The notes below the pieces were generated by a model. The model was not told the DNA's origin. It worked only from the letters and a program-made list of their open reading frames with translations, and ran no database searches. DNA of 63,161 bases, the filler included, from Dimorphilus gyrociliatus (taxonomy: Eukaryota > Animalia > Annelida), in the NCBI GenBank assembly GCA_904063045.1. It is 4 parts of 3 records of this genome, joined end to end, with 100 filler letters (N's around TTAATTAATTAA, not from the genome) between each part and the next. Parts side by side here need not be neighbours in the genome. Positions count along the whole stretch, not along the records: positions 38,143 to 54,193 come from CAJFCJ010000233.1; positions 54,294 to 63,161 come from CAJFCJ010000233.1; 2 more parts are not named here. One strand, given 5' to 3'. Positions 49,687-60,252 of the stretch are shown here, in pieces. The position numbers and the translations under genes are program-made. The stretch's first letter is position 1, and every line of letters begins with the position of its first letter.

Positions 49687-51170
49687 TGTATACCATTGTG
49701 CAACTACCAATTTACCAAAGAATTTACATACAATAATTATTTTACCCCCCCAATTTTACATTTTTACTTGTATTCATTGTATTGCGCACTAAATTAGTTT
49801 AATTTTTTTTCATGCAGTACTAATTCATTGTGCAACTACCAAATTAGTAGGTGTAGAATCCCCTTTAAATTAAGCAGAAAAAGTACTTTATATAAGTTTT
49901 TTAATATAGATTTGTTTTTTAATAATATAAAACATTTTTAATTCAATATTTTAAATAAAAAAATTTAATTTTTATTACTTCTTGCGACATATCTCATTAG
50001 TCTATTAATGTGAACAGGCTTTCATTTCCATCGTCTGAAATTATAGTATATACATTATCTCTAATTGATGTTATAGGATATATTTTAGCATAATACAAAA
50101 AATCGAAATTATTTCTACGGGCTCGTATGTTCATATCAAAATCTATTGAAAGTAAAACTCTTTCTCCTATCTGAACCTGTCTTTGTGTTATTCTACTATT
50201 ATGCTCACTTACAAATTTAGTAGTATAATTGATTATATTATTCCTCACATCACATCTTTTTAAGTTTACTTGAATACTAGATATATTTTGGGTATTTATT
50301 GCTCCTTTATAGATAAACAATGGAGTATATCTAGTGGTTCTATGCCTCGAATTGTTATACTCGAAAATAAGTTTTTTTAATTTATTTATATATCGATTAC
50401 TATTGGCTGGCAAAGACCTACATATTTTATCTTTAATTGTTCTGTTAAATCGCTCGATTTGGCCTTGTGATTGAGGATGTCTAGGCCTTCCATGAATAAT
50501 TTGAATTCCCCATTCATTGCATATGTTCATAACTTCTTGGTTTACGAACTCTCTTCCATTGTCTGTATACAATATTTCAAATTTTCCTTCATTATATAAA
50601 AAATTTTTCAAAATCTCAGAAAATGTTCTCGCTGTTTTATCTTTAGCGGAAATGAGAATGTATATTTAATAAAAGTTTCTATAAAATTAAACAAATATCT
50701 ATATCCATCATTATCATTTCTATATCTTGATAGATCCAACAAATAAACCATAATTCTTTGTCTAAAATAATCGGGTATTATAGGTGTTATTACCTGGTCA
50801 GTATTTCTACGTCTTATTGGTTGGCATCTGTCACAAGACGCAACAAATCTTCTTATTTAATCACTTTTCATGCCTATATAAGAGAGGGTAGTTTGTTTCT
50901 AATAGATGTAATTTCAAAATGTCCATCACCTTGAGCCCTGTGTATTAATTATGTTGCTCTAATAATATCATAATATAGAATTCTTTCATTGTTTATACTT
51001 CCTTTTGCATAAAATAATTTGCCATCAACATATCTTAAGTATTTAACTTTTCTTAAGAAACTATATCTTTTATTTTTATTACTAGAATCGGGTATATTTC
51101 TATTTCTTAAATATATGTTATTTGATCTCTTTCTTCAAGTGAATTGATTGTAAAATGTTTTACAATTATG
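49687..51170 (-). mobile_element. Ginger-like integrase transposon 2 (decayed; only one TIR seen)
   Basis: TGT terminus with repeated CATTGTGCAACTACCAA; ORF 49997-50611 LYTDNGREF..HGRPRHPQSQGQIERFNRT; upstream frameshifted CDRC Zn finger and RQRIMV.L.DLSRY. Confidence 0.8.
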
Positions 51171-51254
51171 GATAATGAATCAAATATGTTTTATATTATA
51201 GCATTTCTCAATCAAAAGTTACACTTATGCAACCAAAAATTACACCCTTATAAA

Positions 51255-51830
51255 ATGGAAAAAAACTTTCAATAGAGATTAGAAACCTATTTGTTAAATA
51301 CTATGAGGAAGGCCTTAATGCAACCGAAATTAGCAAAAGTCCCAATAAAAATATAATAAAGATAACAAAAATCATTAAGAGATACGAGGAAACTGACTCC
51401 ACAGAGATAAAACAACAAGGTGGCGATCGTAGATCTTGTTTAAATCAACAAGATATTTCTTATATCCATAACTTATTATCAGACAATTCCACTTTTACAC
51501 CTAAAGAAATAAAAGAAAAATTATTCAAACTTCTTCAAGCATCTTTCAATTTCGCCCATAGATCGTGCGCTAAAAACTTTTAGTTATTCTCTAAAAAGGT
51601 TGTATTTAATCCCGAAAGAAGAAACATAGCTACAAATTTTGAAGCTAGATTTAGATACTCGGAATCCTTTTATAATTTACAAGCAGAGAAAGATCGGATA
51701 AATTCTATATTATAGATGGAGTTGGTTTTAGGCTTTCTATGAGAAGAGCAAGGGGAAGAGCCTTAAGTAGAGAGAGCATCAATAACACTCCCACATATAA
51801 GAACAAGAAGGCAGAGCATCAGGTCGCCTG
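51255..51830 (+). pseudogene. IS630/Tc1-like transposase N-terminal remnant
   Basis: CCCTTATAAA-ATG; LSIEIR..YEEGLNATEIS HTH, QGGDRRS, GFRLSMRRARGRA; frameshifts. Confidence 0.7.
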
Positions 51831-51874
51831 TAGGCGAACTGATGATGGTTTTTATAAAATTATTCCCCTTATAA

Positions 51875-52367
51875 ATGAGTGAACTAATATTTACTAAATC
51901 AAAAAGAAACAGGCCTATGGTCGCATACAAGGGATACTTATACAATCTTGAAAAAGATGATACAATTAAGACATGGAGATGTCAGAATCGAAAATGTAGG
52001 TCTAGGATTATTATTAACGAGAAAAACGATATTATATCAAATAGTGAGCATAACCACAATAGTAATGATACCTTAGTCAAATTAACTATTCAAAAAAATA
52101 ATTTAAAAAATAGAGCTAAAAAAATAAAGATAGTTCAAACCATATACTATCAAGTATAACAAAAAATTATTCTCCAGAAGTTATTAATACTTTGCCTTCC
52201 CATAGAGCATTGATAAATACAATAAATAGAGTCAGAAATAGTGAACTTGGTGTATCAAAACCATCGATGCCAGATTAACCAAGTTTCCTACATTTAAATA
52301 GTAGAGAAGAAAGATTTTTACTGGTTGATACAGGAGTAGACGATAACAATAGATATACAATTTTCGA
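51875..52367 (+). pseudogene. FLYWCH-MULE transposase N-terminal fragment, cut off by the next element
   Basis: KSKRNRPMVAYKGYLY..TWRCQNRKCRSRI..EHNH; after a frameshift LPSHRALINTINRVR..FLLVDTG. Confidence 0.75.
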
Positions 52368-53329
52368 TAAAAAGGATTTTTGGGGTACAGCTATATTTGC
52401 TTAAAATTTGCCCCCAATGGTGTTTTCGAGATTGGAATTATTTACTATTTCATTTAATTCGAGCAGATTTTTGTCTTGGATGATGATTTGGGTTTATTGA
52501 GAAAAAAATTTATGTAAAAGTTGTAAAAAGGTGATGATTTTGGTACCACATCATAATATAGATGGTTTCATTTGGTTTTGTAAAACAAGAAAATGCAATA
52601 ATATAAAGCTTCTATACGTAAAATGTCTTATTTCGACAATATTAAATCATCGTTAAAAACATCATTTTTATAGTATATGAATGAAGTATTAAAACACCAC
52701 TAATCCAAATTTATAATAAATATAACATCACTAAAACATTATATCATAGTATTTTAAAAATCATTCGCAGACGATATGATGACTTTTCAGAAAAAAGGTG
52801 GCAGTAGAATTGTTGAAATTAATGAGAGTGCCGTCAGTAAAAGGAAAAATAACAAAGGAAGACTAATAGAGCAGATATGGGTAGTAGGTGGTTTCTGTAG
52901 AGCTACAAAAGAGTGTTTCTCTGAGCCTGTCACGAAAAGAGATGAAAAAAACACTATCTAAAAAAATCACAAAGAATATAGAAGAGTATTCTGTTATCAT
53001 AACTGACGAGTGGAAAGGTTATAATGGAGTGGAGTTACTTGAATATGGTCATTTTGCTATTAAACACAAATATGTATTTGTAAATCCTAAAAACAAAGAA
53101 AAACATGTAAAATCAATTGAATGGCTCAAATACTATTTAAAAACAAGAGGGAGCAACATAAAACCAAATATAAAATCATATATCAAACATTATTTATTTC
53201 TAGAAACGAAACATCTTTTTTTAAAAATTTTAACTCGTGTGAAAATTAATAAAAAAACGTTCTAAATCTAAAGATTTGTTTATTTTCTTTTAAGAAGCAA
53301 ATATAGCTGTACCCCAAAAATCCTTTTTA
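52368..53329 (+). mobile_element. Merlin/ISXO2-like element family D with 35-bp TIRs, frameshifted transposase
   Basis: TAAAAAGGATTTTTGGGGTACAGCTATATTTGCTT and its inverse; GGSRIVEINES..KRKNNKGR..WVVGG, ITDEWKGY, FVNP motifs. Confidence 0.85.
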
Positions 53330-53869
53330 ACAACTACTTTTCGTAAATCCTATGGTATACAACAATTTTTGTTGACCAAATAAAATACCTATAATTTAAT
53401 TAATAATTTAAGTAGAAGCCATTTTCGACGGTTTTAACTCGTTTCTTATTTTTCTTGGACTATATAAACTTATCCGATATAATAATCGCTTCGATAAACT
53501 AATGAAGACTTATATTCTTCTCATATCAATTATATGGATCTTGTTTTTTGAATTAATAGCAAATAAATTATCACGCGGTCAAAACGTATATTTTAAGATT
53601 TCAAACTTAAAATCTTAAGCAGCTTCTGGTACGTATATACCTCAAATATAAACATTCTCCTCTATTTCCAGCAATTACAAAGCTATCAAGGGGAAAATGG
53701 ACATTTCCCAAAATAAAATGGAAATTTTAAATTTTTTTAGCTTTTTTAGTTTTTTTTAAAAGTAAAAAAATATTGCGTTACATGTTAAATTTATTATTTT
53801 AGTTACTATTTAGATTTTCCCAGGTTTTAAGGTAGAAATTACGAAAATCATTTTGGTCATTCTTATTAA

Positions 53870-54190
53870 AAGAATCAATGGCCTCAATTATATAACTTTT
53901 TAAGATAGAACTATTTGTTGCTACTGGCCCTTTACTACAAACTTTTTGTTTTAATACTGAAATTACATTCTTAATGAGATTGAAGTCTGGAAAATATGGT
54001 GAAAGAAACTTAAATGAATTGTTATTTGTTCTGAGGATGTTTCTGTTCTGTGTATAGAAGTATTATCCATTACTAAAAAAGTGTTATTTGTAAGGCTTTG
54101 GCGATTCACGCAACTTTGTATAAATTCACAAAACTGACTTGAACTAAATAATCCATCAACTATAGTATAATTGATTATACTATTTTAGAC
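53870..54190 (-). pseudogene. IS630/Tc1-like DDE C-terminal fragment
   Basis: FLVMDNTSIH..PYFPDFNLIKNV resembles MDNASIH..PPYSPDFNPIE. Confidence 0.7.
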
Positions 54191-54193
54191 TAA

Positions 54194-54293
54194 NNNNNNN
54201 NNNNNNNNNNNNNNNNNNNNNNNNNNNNNNNNNNNNNTTAATTAATTAANNNNNNNNNNNNNNNNNNNNNNNNNNNNNNNNNNNNNNNNNNNN
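54194..54293. other. Artificial scaffold linker
   Basis: Same 44N-TTAATTAATTAA-44N structure. Confidence 0.97.
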
Positions 54294-55112
54294 ACTCAAG
54301 ATAAAGATAATAATATACACAATAAGAAAAATAATCAACCTGGGACATCACGGCATGATGAAAAAGAGGATCTTATCCATGGATACACTATAAATGAACT
54401 CCGAAAAGGCCTTCAGAAAACCATTAAAGGTATATATGGCAATGAAAAATTAACAAACAACTATATCTTTAGAAGAAGCGCCAGATCATTTACTATCATA
54501 GATTTGAATAACATTGAAGGCAATCAAAAGCAAAGTGGAACAAACAACACTGATAACTTCTACATTAGCTTTCCAAAACAACATTTCCTAAACTTTGGAC
54601 GTATAGCAGGTTCTTCTGCAAGTCAAATTGAAGCAGGAACAGATAATACAGAACCTTTAATAGTTTTACCGATTTTAGCTAATCTTTCACGAAAGAATAA
54701 AACAAAGTGTTATGACTATCAAAGAGATAAACAGCCAGCTACACAAAGTGGTAAAGAAGATCTTGGCGAGTGTCATACAGAATTACTAACCCTAGGAAGT
54801 GGCCAAATAAGCCAAATTTTAGAAGAAGCATTCAAAAGTAAAACACTTCCAGTAAAAAGTGAAGAGTTAAGCTCATTTTACCAGCTAATTACAACACATC
54901 AAAAAGCAATTTTAATTAAGCATGAGTTTGAAGATGGGTTTATAGAGATAAAAAAGCGGAAAACCGAAAAGCTTACACATACAAAACTTGTTGTAGAAGA
55001 AGTTCCTCCTCAAGAAATATTAGATTTACGATACAATTTAAACATATTCCCATTTAAATTGAATAGTAAATTAAGGGACACCAGAGTTAATCCATCTTTG
55101 TTTAAAGTATAA
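54294..55112 (+). CDS. Hypothetical protein, 5'-truncated at the scaffold start (frame open from 54294)
   Basis: The track ORF 54504-55112 extends 70 stop-free codons upstream to the linker; no family recognised. Confidence 0.55.
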   Translation, partial: TQDKDNNIHNKKNNQPGTSRHDEKEDLIHGYTINELRKGLQKTIKGIYGNEKLTNNYIFRRSARSFTIIDLNNIEGNQKQSGTNNTDNFYISFPKQHFLNFGRIAGSSASQIEAGTDNTEPLIVLPILANLSRKNKTKCYDYQRDKQPATQSGKEDLGECHTELLTLGSGQISQILEEAFKSKTLPVKSEELSSFYQLITTHQKAILIKHEFEDGFIEIKKRKTEKLTHTKLVVEEVPPQEILDLRYNLNIFPFKLNSKLRDTRVNPSLFKV

Positions 55113-55429
55113 TTGAATTTTATACTTTTATGATTACACGAATGAGATATTATAGTTAATCTTTATAAGTATAGTTTTAAATGAGCTATAAATGTATTAA
55201 CTGTGAAAATTTTATTTAATAAAGCTTAGTATTTGAATACAATTATTCAACCTTTCTTATTCTTACAAGTAAAAACTGAACAACAGTAAAATAATAATAA
55301 TAATAATAATAATAATACTACTTCCTTCAAAAAAGAGTATATAAGACACACTTTTATAATAAAATCACGACATAATAAATCTTTTATAGATATATTAAGT
55401 TAAAAATCTGGAATTCTCTTTGTATTGCT

Positions 55430-55581
55430 ATAAAACCAGGTAAAATTGTTCAAGTTGATGAGACATGTCATTGTAAAAAAAATTTTAAATACATCTTTTT
55501 AAGATATCTATTAAACACGTATATTAAGAAATAGAATATTTTTAAGATATCTATTAAACACGTATATTAAGAAATAGAATA
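55430..55581 (+). repeat. Tiny Merlin remnant (PGKIVQVDET) followed by a perfect 43-bp tandem duplication (55496-55538, 55539-55581)
   Basis: TTTTTAAGATATCTATTAAACACGTATATTAAGAAATAGAATA x2. Confidence 0.7.
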
Positions 55582-55758
55582 CTTAGAAGTGTATTAAATA
55601 CAACTCTACAGACTATTTTTACTTGAATTTATAACATGTCAAGTCTTTAACAGTCTAAACAAGGTTTGTAAGATTCATACCTTCTAAAAAGTAGTTATTA
55701 TGTTAGATTACTTAAAGCCTCGTACTTTCTAGTAAAAAGTGCAGTTCATTAATTAATT

Positions 55759-56791
55759 TTAATTAAAAGAAACACTTCTTTGTTTAGCAACATAACAAAG
55801 GAGATCAACAGTTCTCACAGCATACGCATATTCATTATCGTACCAACAGACTATCTTAAAAAATTTACTATTCAAAGCCATAGAAGCTTTCTCATCAACA
55901 ATACAACTATAAGAATCTCCTATTAAATCACTACTAACTATTTCATCTCTACTAACACGTATTATTTTACTATTCAATTCTTCTACTTCTTTAACAATTT
56001 CTTGTATATTTGTTTCTTTTTTAAGATTTACTGTTAGATCAACACAGCTAACAGATATTGTAGGAACACGGAATGCCATTCCATCTACTTTGTTGACAAG
56101 AGATGGTATCACTTTAGTTACACATTTAGCTGCACCTGTAGTTGATGGTATTATTATTTACTAAAGAAGATCTGCCTAGTCTTTTTTTCTTATTAAGACT
56201 ATCTACTGTTTTCTGTGTTGCTGTTAGTGAATGAACGGTTGTCATTAACGCTTGATCTACTCCAAATTTATCTTCTAGTAGTTTGAGAAGTGGTGCTAAG
56301 CAATTTGTAGTACAACTTGCATTTGAAATGACTGACTTTTCCTTCTCCTTGAATGAATATTCTTCGTGGTTAACACCAAATACGAGAGTTTGCATGTCAT
56401 CTTTTGCTGGTGCTGTTAAAATTACATTATTAACGTTATGTTTTAACGATTCTAGTGTGAGAAAACAGCCAGTAGCATCAATCACAAAATCAACACCATT
56501 TTTCTTCCAATCAATCTTTTCAGGGTCTTTTTCATAGGTTATTATAATAGGATTACTAGTTCTAGTAGTGTTACACTTACAATCACAACCTTTAGCAATA
56601 CTTACGTAGTTATCTTTTTCTTCTACTAAATTGACTAATTTATAAACAGAATCATATTTTGATGAATAAGAAATTGAATTTGGAGTAACAAAAGGATCAT
56701 TTATATGTACGACTGGTAATCCTCTACGTATTAAATTATCTACTACAAGTTTTCCAATCCTGCCATAACCATTTACACCAATTTTTGTCAT
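55759..56791 (-). CDS. GAPDH: Glyceraldehyde-3-phosphate dehydrogenase, microsporidian-like, with one +1 frameshift near 56150-56156
   Basis: IGVNGYGRIG, ISNASCTTNCLAP, TTVHSLTATQKTVD, (N)IIPSTTGAAK, GMAFRVPT, WYDNE; removing one A from GTAAATAATAATACC joins the two track ORFs. Confidence 0.93.
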
Positions 56792-57029
56792 TTTTTAAGG
56801 GTTGTTTATTTTCGTTAAAGATTAATTTGTATTTAATTAGTATTAAAAAATAAAAAATTTTAAACAACAGGAGTTGAACTACTATAAAAATTATATTTAA
56901 ACTACTAAAAAAATTATTATTTTTACTAAACAATAATTATTATATTTATACTACTATAAAAATAAAAAATTTTAAACAACAGGAGTGAACTACTATAAAA
57001 TAATTATAAAATTTCAATTAAAAATTTAA

Positions 57030-57791
57030 TTAGACTATCAATTCAATGTCATATCCAGCACCAACAGCCACTTCATATATTTGTTTAACGGCATTTGCTA
57101 TCTCATAACCAATAGTCAATTCACTAGTAACGTTTAATCCTAAGCCAACAGCAGCACAGGTACTAACAGCATCACTAAAGCTTTCTACGATTTGATTATC
57201 ATCAATTTCAATAATGTAAGGCTCAAAGAATTCTTTATCATAAGCATTTACCATTTTAATACCATACAAGAATGGTTTAATATTCATAATTTTAAGTAAA
57301 TCAGCTTGAGATGGAGTAACTTTCTCATCTTTGAATAAGGCTTGACTCCTACTTATAATCTCAACCTTTCCTTTAGTAATTTTAGTAGAAATTCCTAACG
57401 CTTGGAAAAAGCTAGTCTTTTCAGGTCCCATTGAAGTTACCATTGCCTCAATAAATACGTCATTCTGAGCTATAGCACCAACCTTTGCAAACTCATTTCT
57501 TATATTGTTTTTTAATATTTCATTAACTTTGTTGAAGTCTTTAGAAAATATAAAAGCTACAGTTCCTTTACAAACAGATTCAGCTGGATGCTGAATTTCA
57601 TTTAAAACTTTTCTGATGAGTGTTATTTTACCGAAGAAGAACTCGGCAACGCCTTTTAGCTGCTTTTTGATGTCTTGGAGTTGTAGAGCTGTTATGTTTT
57701 TCATGTCGACGACTAAAAATTTATCATTTTCTGAGAAGAGTGACTTTGTCTTGTTGTAGAAATTTAACTTCTTTTTTGTGTAGGTTCGCAT
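57030..57791 (-). CDS. RPLP0: 60S acidic ribosomal protein P0 (uL10), microsporidian-type without the acidic C-terminal tail, 253 aa
   Basis: QLQDIK, GK.TLIRK, AKVGAIA, TSMGPEKTSFFQALGISTKITKGKVEI, GDKV-like KVTPSQADLL..NIKPF; CCCC-ATG start. Confidence 0.93.
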   Translation of the reverse strand: MRTYTKKKLNFYNKTKSLFSENDKFLVVDMKNITALQLQDIKKQLKGVAEFFFGKITLIRKVLNEIQHPAESVCKGTVAFIFSKDFNKVNEILKNNIRNEFAKVGAIAQNDVFIEAMVTSMGPEKTSFFQALGISTKITKGKVEIISRSQALFKDEKVTPSQADLLKIMNIKPFLYGIKMVNAYDKEFFEPYIIEIDDNQIVESFSDAVSTCAAVGLGLNVTSELTIGYEIANAVKQIYEVAVGAGYDIELIV

Positions 57792-57795
57792 GGGG
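57792..57795 (-). promoter_or_regulatory. CCC-like motif immediately upstream of ATG (example at RPLP0; also at GAPDH, LRR, three TE families and both integrases)
   Basis: CCC within about 10 nt of ATG at 39272, 40383, 42002, 48573, 51255, 51875, 56791, 57791 and 58757; a known microsporidian transcription-initiation signal. Confidence 0.7.
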
Positions 57796-57849
57796 TTCAA
57801 TTTTATTTTTTTTTTAAAAAATTAAAAAAATTCTTTTTTTCTATATTTA

Positions 57850-58115
57850 TTGAAAAAATTATAAAAATTATAAAAATTATAAAAAATTGAAAAATTAAAA
57901 AATTAAAAAATTATAAAAAATTGAAAAAATTATAAAAAATTGAAAAATTAAAAAATTAAAAAATTAAAAAATTAAAAAATTAAAAAATTGAAAAATTGAA
58001 AAATTGAAAAATTAAAAAATTGAAAAATTAAAAATTGAAAAATTGAAAAATTATAAAAATTATAAAAAATTATAAAAAATTAAAAAAAATTATAAAAAAT
58101 TAAAAAATTGAAAAA
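57850..58115. repeat. Almost pure-AT tandem array of AAAAATT(A/G)-like 8-9-mers in the divergent intergenic region
   Basis: Visible AAAAATTG / AAAAATTA / AAAAATTAT units. Confidence 0.9.
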
Positions 58116-58409
58116 AATTCTAATCTTCTATATTTATTGAAAAATTTTATTAAAATTTAATCATATTATTTATATTATTTATATTATTATATACATTTAA
58201 CATATAAATATTATATAATTTATTATAATTTATTTATAAATTAAATTTTAATAAATATTAAGTTCTAGATCCAAAACACATTAATTTATTTACTGAAACA
58301 TAAAATCATAACTAAAAAAAAATAAATGATAAACAAACTTAGAATGTATTTAATTTATAAAATGTTTACGTTAAAAGAATTGTTCTCTGCTGTTATATTT
58401 TATATATAC

Positions 58410-60252
58410 TGTTGCAACAAAAAGTGTCCGGGTTGCAAAAAGTGTCCGGCCTTAAATAGCATTTATTTATAAAAATAAAGTGATTTGTAAACTTTTTTGT
58501 TTTTTTTTCAATTATAAATTTACTAAAAAGAGTAAGAGCTTCGTGACAAAAAGTGTCCTGGTAATTTAATAGGGGTCTCCTTTAATAAATTAATAGGAAA
58601 AAATGGATAAGTGTCAATGGCTGACAAAAAGTGTCCGGGGTATTTTTTTAGAGATTTTATCAACATTATAAGGTAAATTTAATAGATATTATGATTTTAA
58701 TTAAAAATATAGTTTTTCTGAATTTTTTAGATAAAAATTTACTTATAAAGTATCCCATGTCTACAAATTTACTAATTGAGAACGATGAAGAAAAAAATAA
58801 TATAATTATTTATCTATCTAATAAAACATATCCTATGAACTTTGACGATTCCCAAAAGAGAGTGTTACGTAGGAAGTGTAAAAACCTAGTGTTAAGAAAT
58901 GGACTATTGAAGATGGTTGATGATAGGATAGAGAAAGACATAATTCTAAGATCAGAAATAAATAAAAGAAAAGAAATAATAATGGAGAAGCATAACGTTG
59001 ATCATGCCCGGGGAAGAGTTGTGTTTAATAGAGTAAGACAAAGATATGTGGGGATTACCATAAATGATGTTAATAGTCTTTTAGAAAGCTGTGAAAATTG
59101 TTTAAGGGAGACGCCTCCAGCTTTTGTTGAATCTATTACACCTATAATACCATCATATCCAAGGGAAAGGTTAATAGTTGATACTGTTGATCTCAGTGTA
59201 TATTCCCAACATAACAATGGATTGAAATACGTTTTCACAATGATTGATAGTTTTACTAAATTTGGATGGGTTTACACGGCTAATAACAAGAACTCAGAGA
59301 CCTTTTCTGCTATTCTAGAACAGCACTTTTATAAAGAAGGAACTTGGGAAATTTTTCATAGTGATAATGGAGGTGAATTCAGAAACAATAGAGTGGAGAG
59401 TATTTTAACCAGATTTAATGTAATTTCTACACATGGCAGACCATATCATCCCCAATCACAAGGGCAAGTTGAGCGTTTTAATCGTACAATTAAATCGAGA
59501 ATAAGAAAATCTTTTGGCTTTAACCAATTTGATTGGCATAATCATATTGATAGGATTGTATATTATTACAATAATACAGCTCATAGAAGCACAGGAATCA
59601 AACCATTTCTGTTATTTAAAGGATTCGATAGCGAGCTGTTGAATAATATGAATACAACAACTTTCTCTGATGAAGCAAGATTAAGTTTATTAAACTATGT
59701 AGAAACATATCGCAGAGAATTTTCCATTAGATCATCTCAGCAAATAAGAATAGGGGATAGAGTGTTACTGGTTAAGCCATATAGCCCAACTATAAGAAGA
59801 AGGGCCCTTGAGTCACTTTATTTTGATGATATTTATGTAGTTGAAGAAATAAATGGTGAAAGAATCATTATTAAAAGTCAAAACTCTGAAGAGACAAAAC
59901 AAACTTCAATACGCTGTGTGAAGAAAATTATCTAAAAAATTCAGAAAAACTATATTTTTAATTAAAATCATAATATCTATTAAATTTACCTTATAATGTT
60001 GATAAAATCTCTAAAAAAATACCCCGGACACTTTTTGTCAGCCATTGACACTTATCCATTTTTTCCTATTAATTTATTAAAGGAGACCCCTATTAAATTA
60101 CCAGGACACTTTTTGTCACGAAGCTCTTACTCTTTTTAGTAAATTTATAATTGAAAAAAAAATAAAAAAGTTTACAAATCACTTTATTTTTATAAATAAA
60201 TGCTATTTAAGGCCGGACACTTTTTGCAACCCGGACACTTTATGCTACAACA
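58410..60252 (+). mobile_element. Intact Ginger-like integrase DNA transposon 3 (1843 bp; 325-bp TIRs; 5-bp TSD TATAC)
   Basis: TIRs 58410-58734 and 59928-60252 with about 4 mismatches by eye; TGT..ACA termini; TSD 58405-58409 and 60253-60257; four AAAAAGTGTCC motifs per TIR. Confidence 0.95.
58757..59935 (+). CDS. Retroviral/Gypsy-type integrase used as transposase (HHCC + DD35E + C-terminal domain), 392 aa
   Basis: CCC-ATG; HNVDH..CENC; LIVDTVD, HSDNGGEF, GQVERFNRT with D-35-E spacing; no RT, gag or protease inside the element. Confidence 0.93.
   Translation: MSTNLLIENDEEKNNIIIYLSNKTYPMNFDDSQKRVLRRKCKNLVLRNGLLKMVDDRIEKDIILRSEINKRKEIIMEKHNVDHARGRVVFNRVRQRYVGITINDVNSLLESCENCLRETPPAFVESITPIIPSYPRERLIVDTVDLSVYSQHNNGLKYVFTMIDSFTKFGWVYTANNKNSETFSAILEQHFYKEGTWEIFHSDNGGEFRNNRVESILTRFNVISTHGRPYHPQSQGQVERFNRTIKSRIRKSFGFNQFDWHNHIDRIVYYYNNTAHRSTGIKPFLLFKGFDSELLNNMNTTTFSDEARLSLLNYVETYRREFSIRSSQQIRIGDRVLLVKPYSPTIRRRALESLYFDDIYVVEEINGERIIIKSQNSEETKQTSIRCVKKII

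Noticed and set aside
56134-56159. 26-nt GT..AG micro-intron explaining the GAPDH frameshift
   Set aside because: Splicing it would delete the conserved NIIPSTTG motif and still leave the frame wrong
58691-59935. LTR retrotransposon or Polinton as the source of the integrase
   Set aside because: The flanking repeats are inverted, not direct; there is no gag, protease, RT, PolB, ATPase or capsid within the TSD-bounded unit
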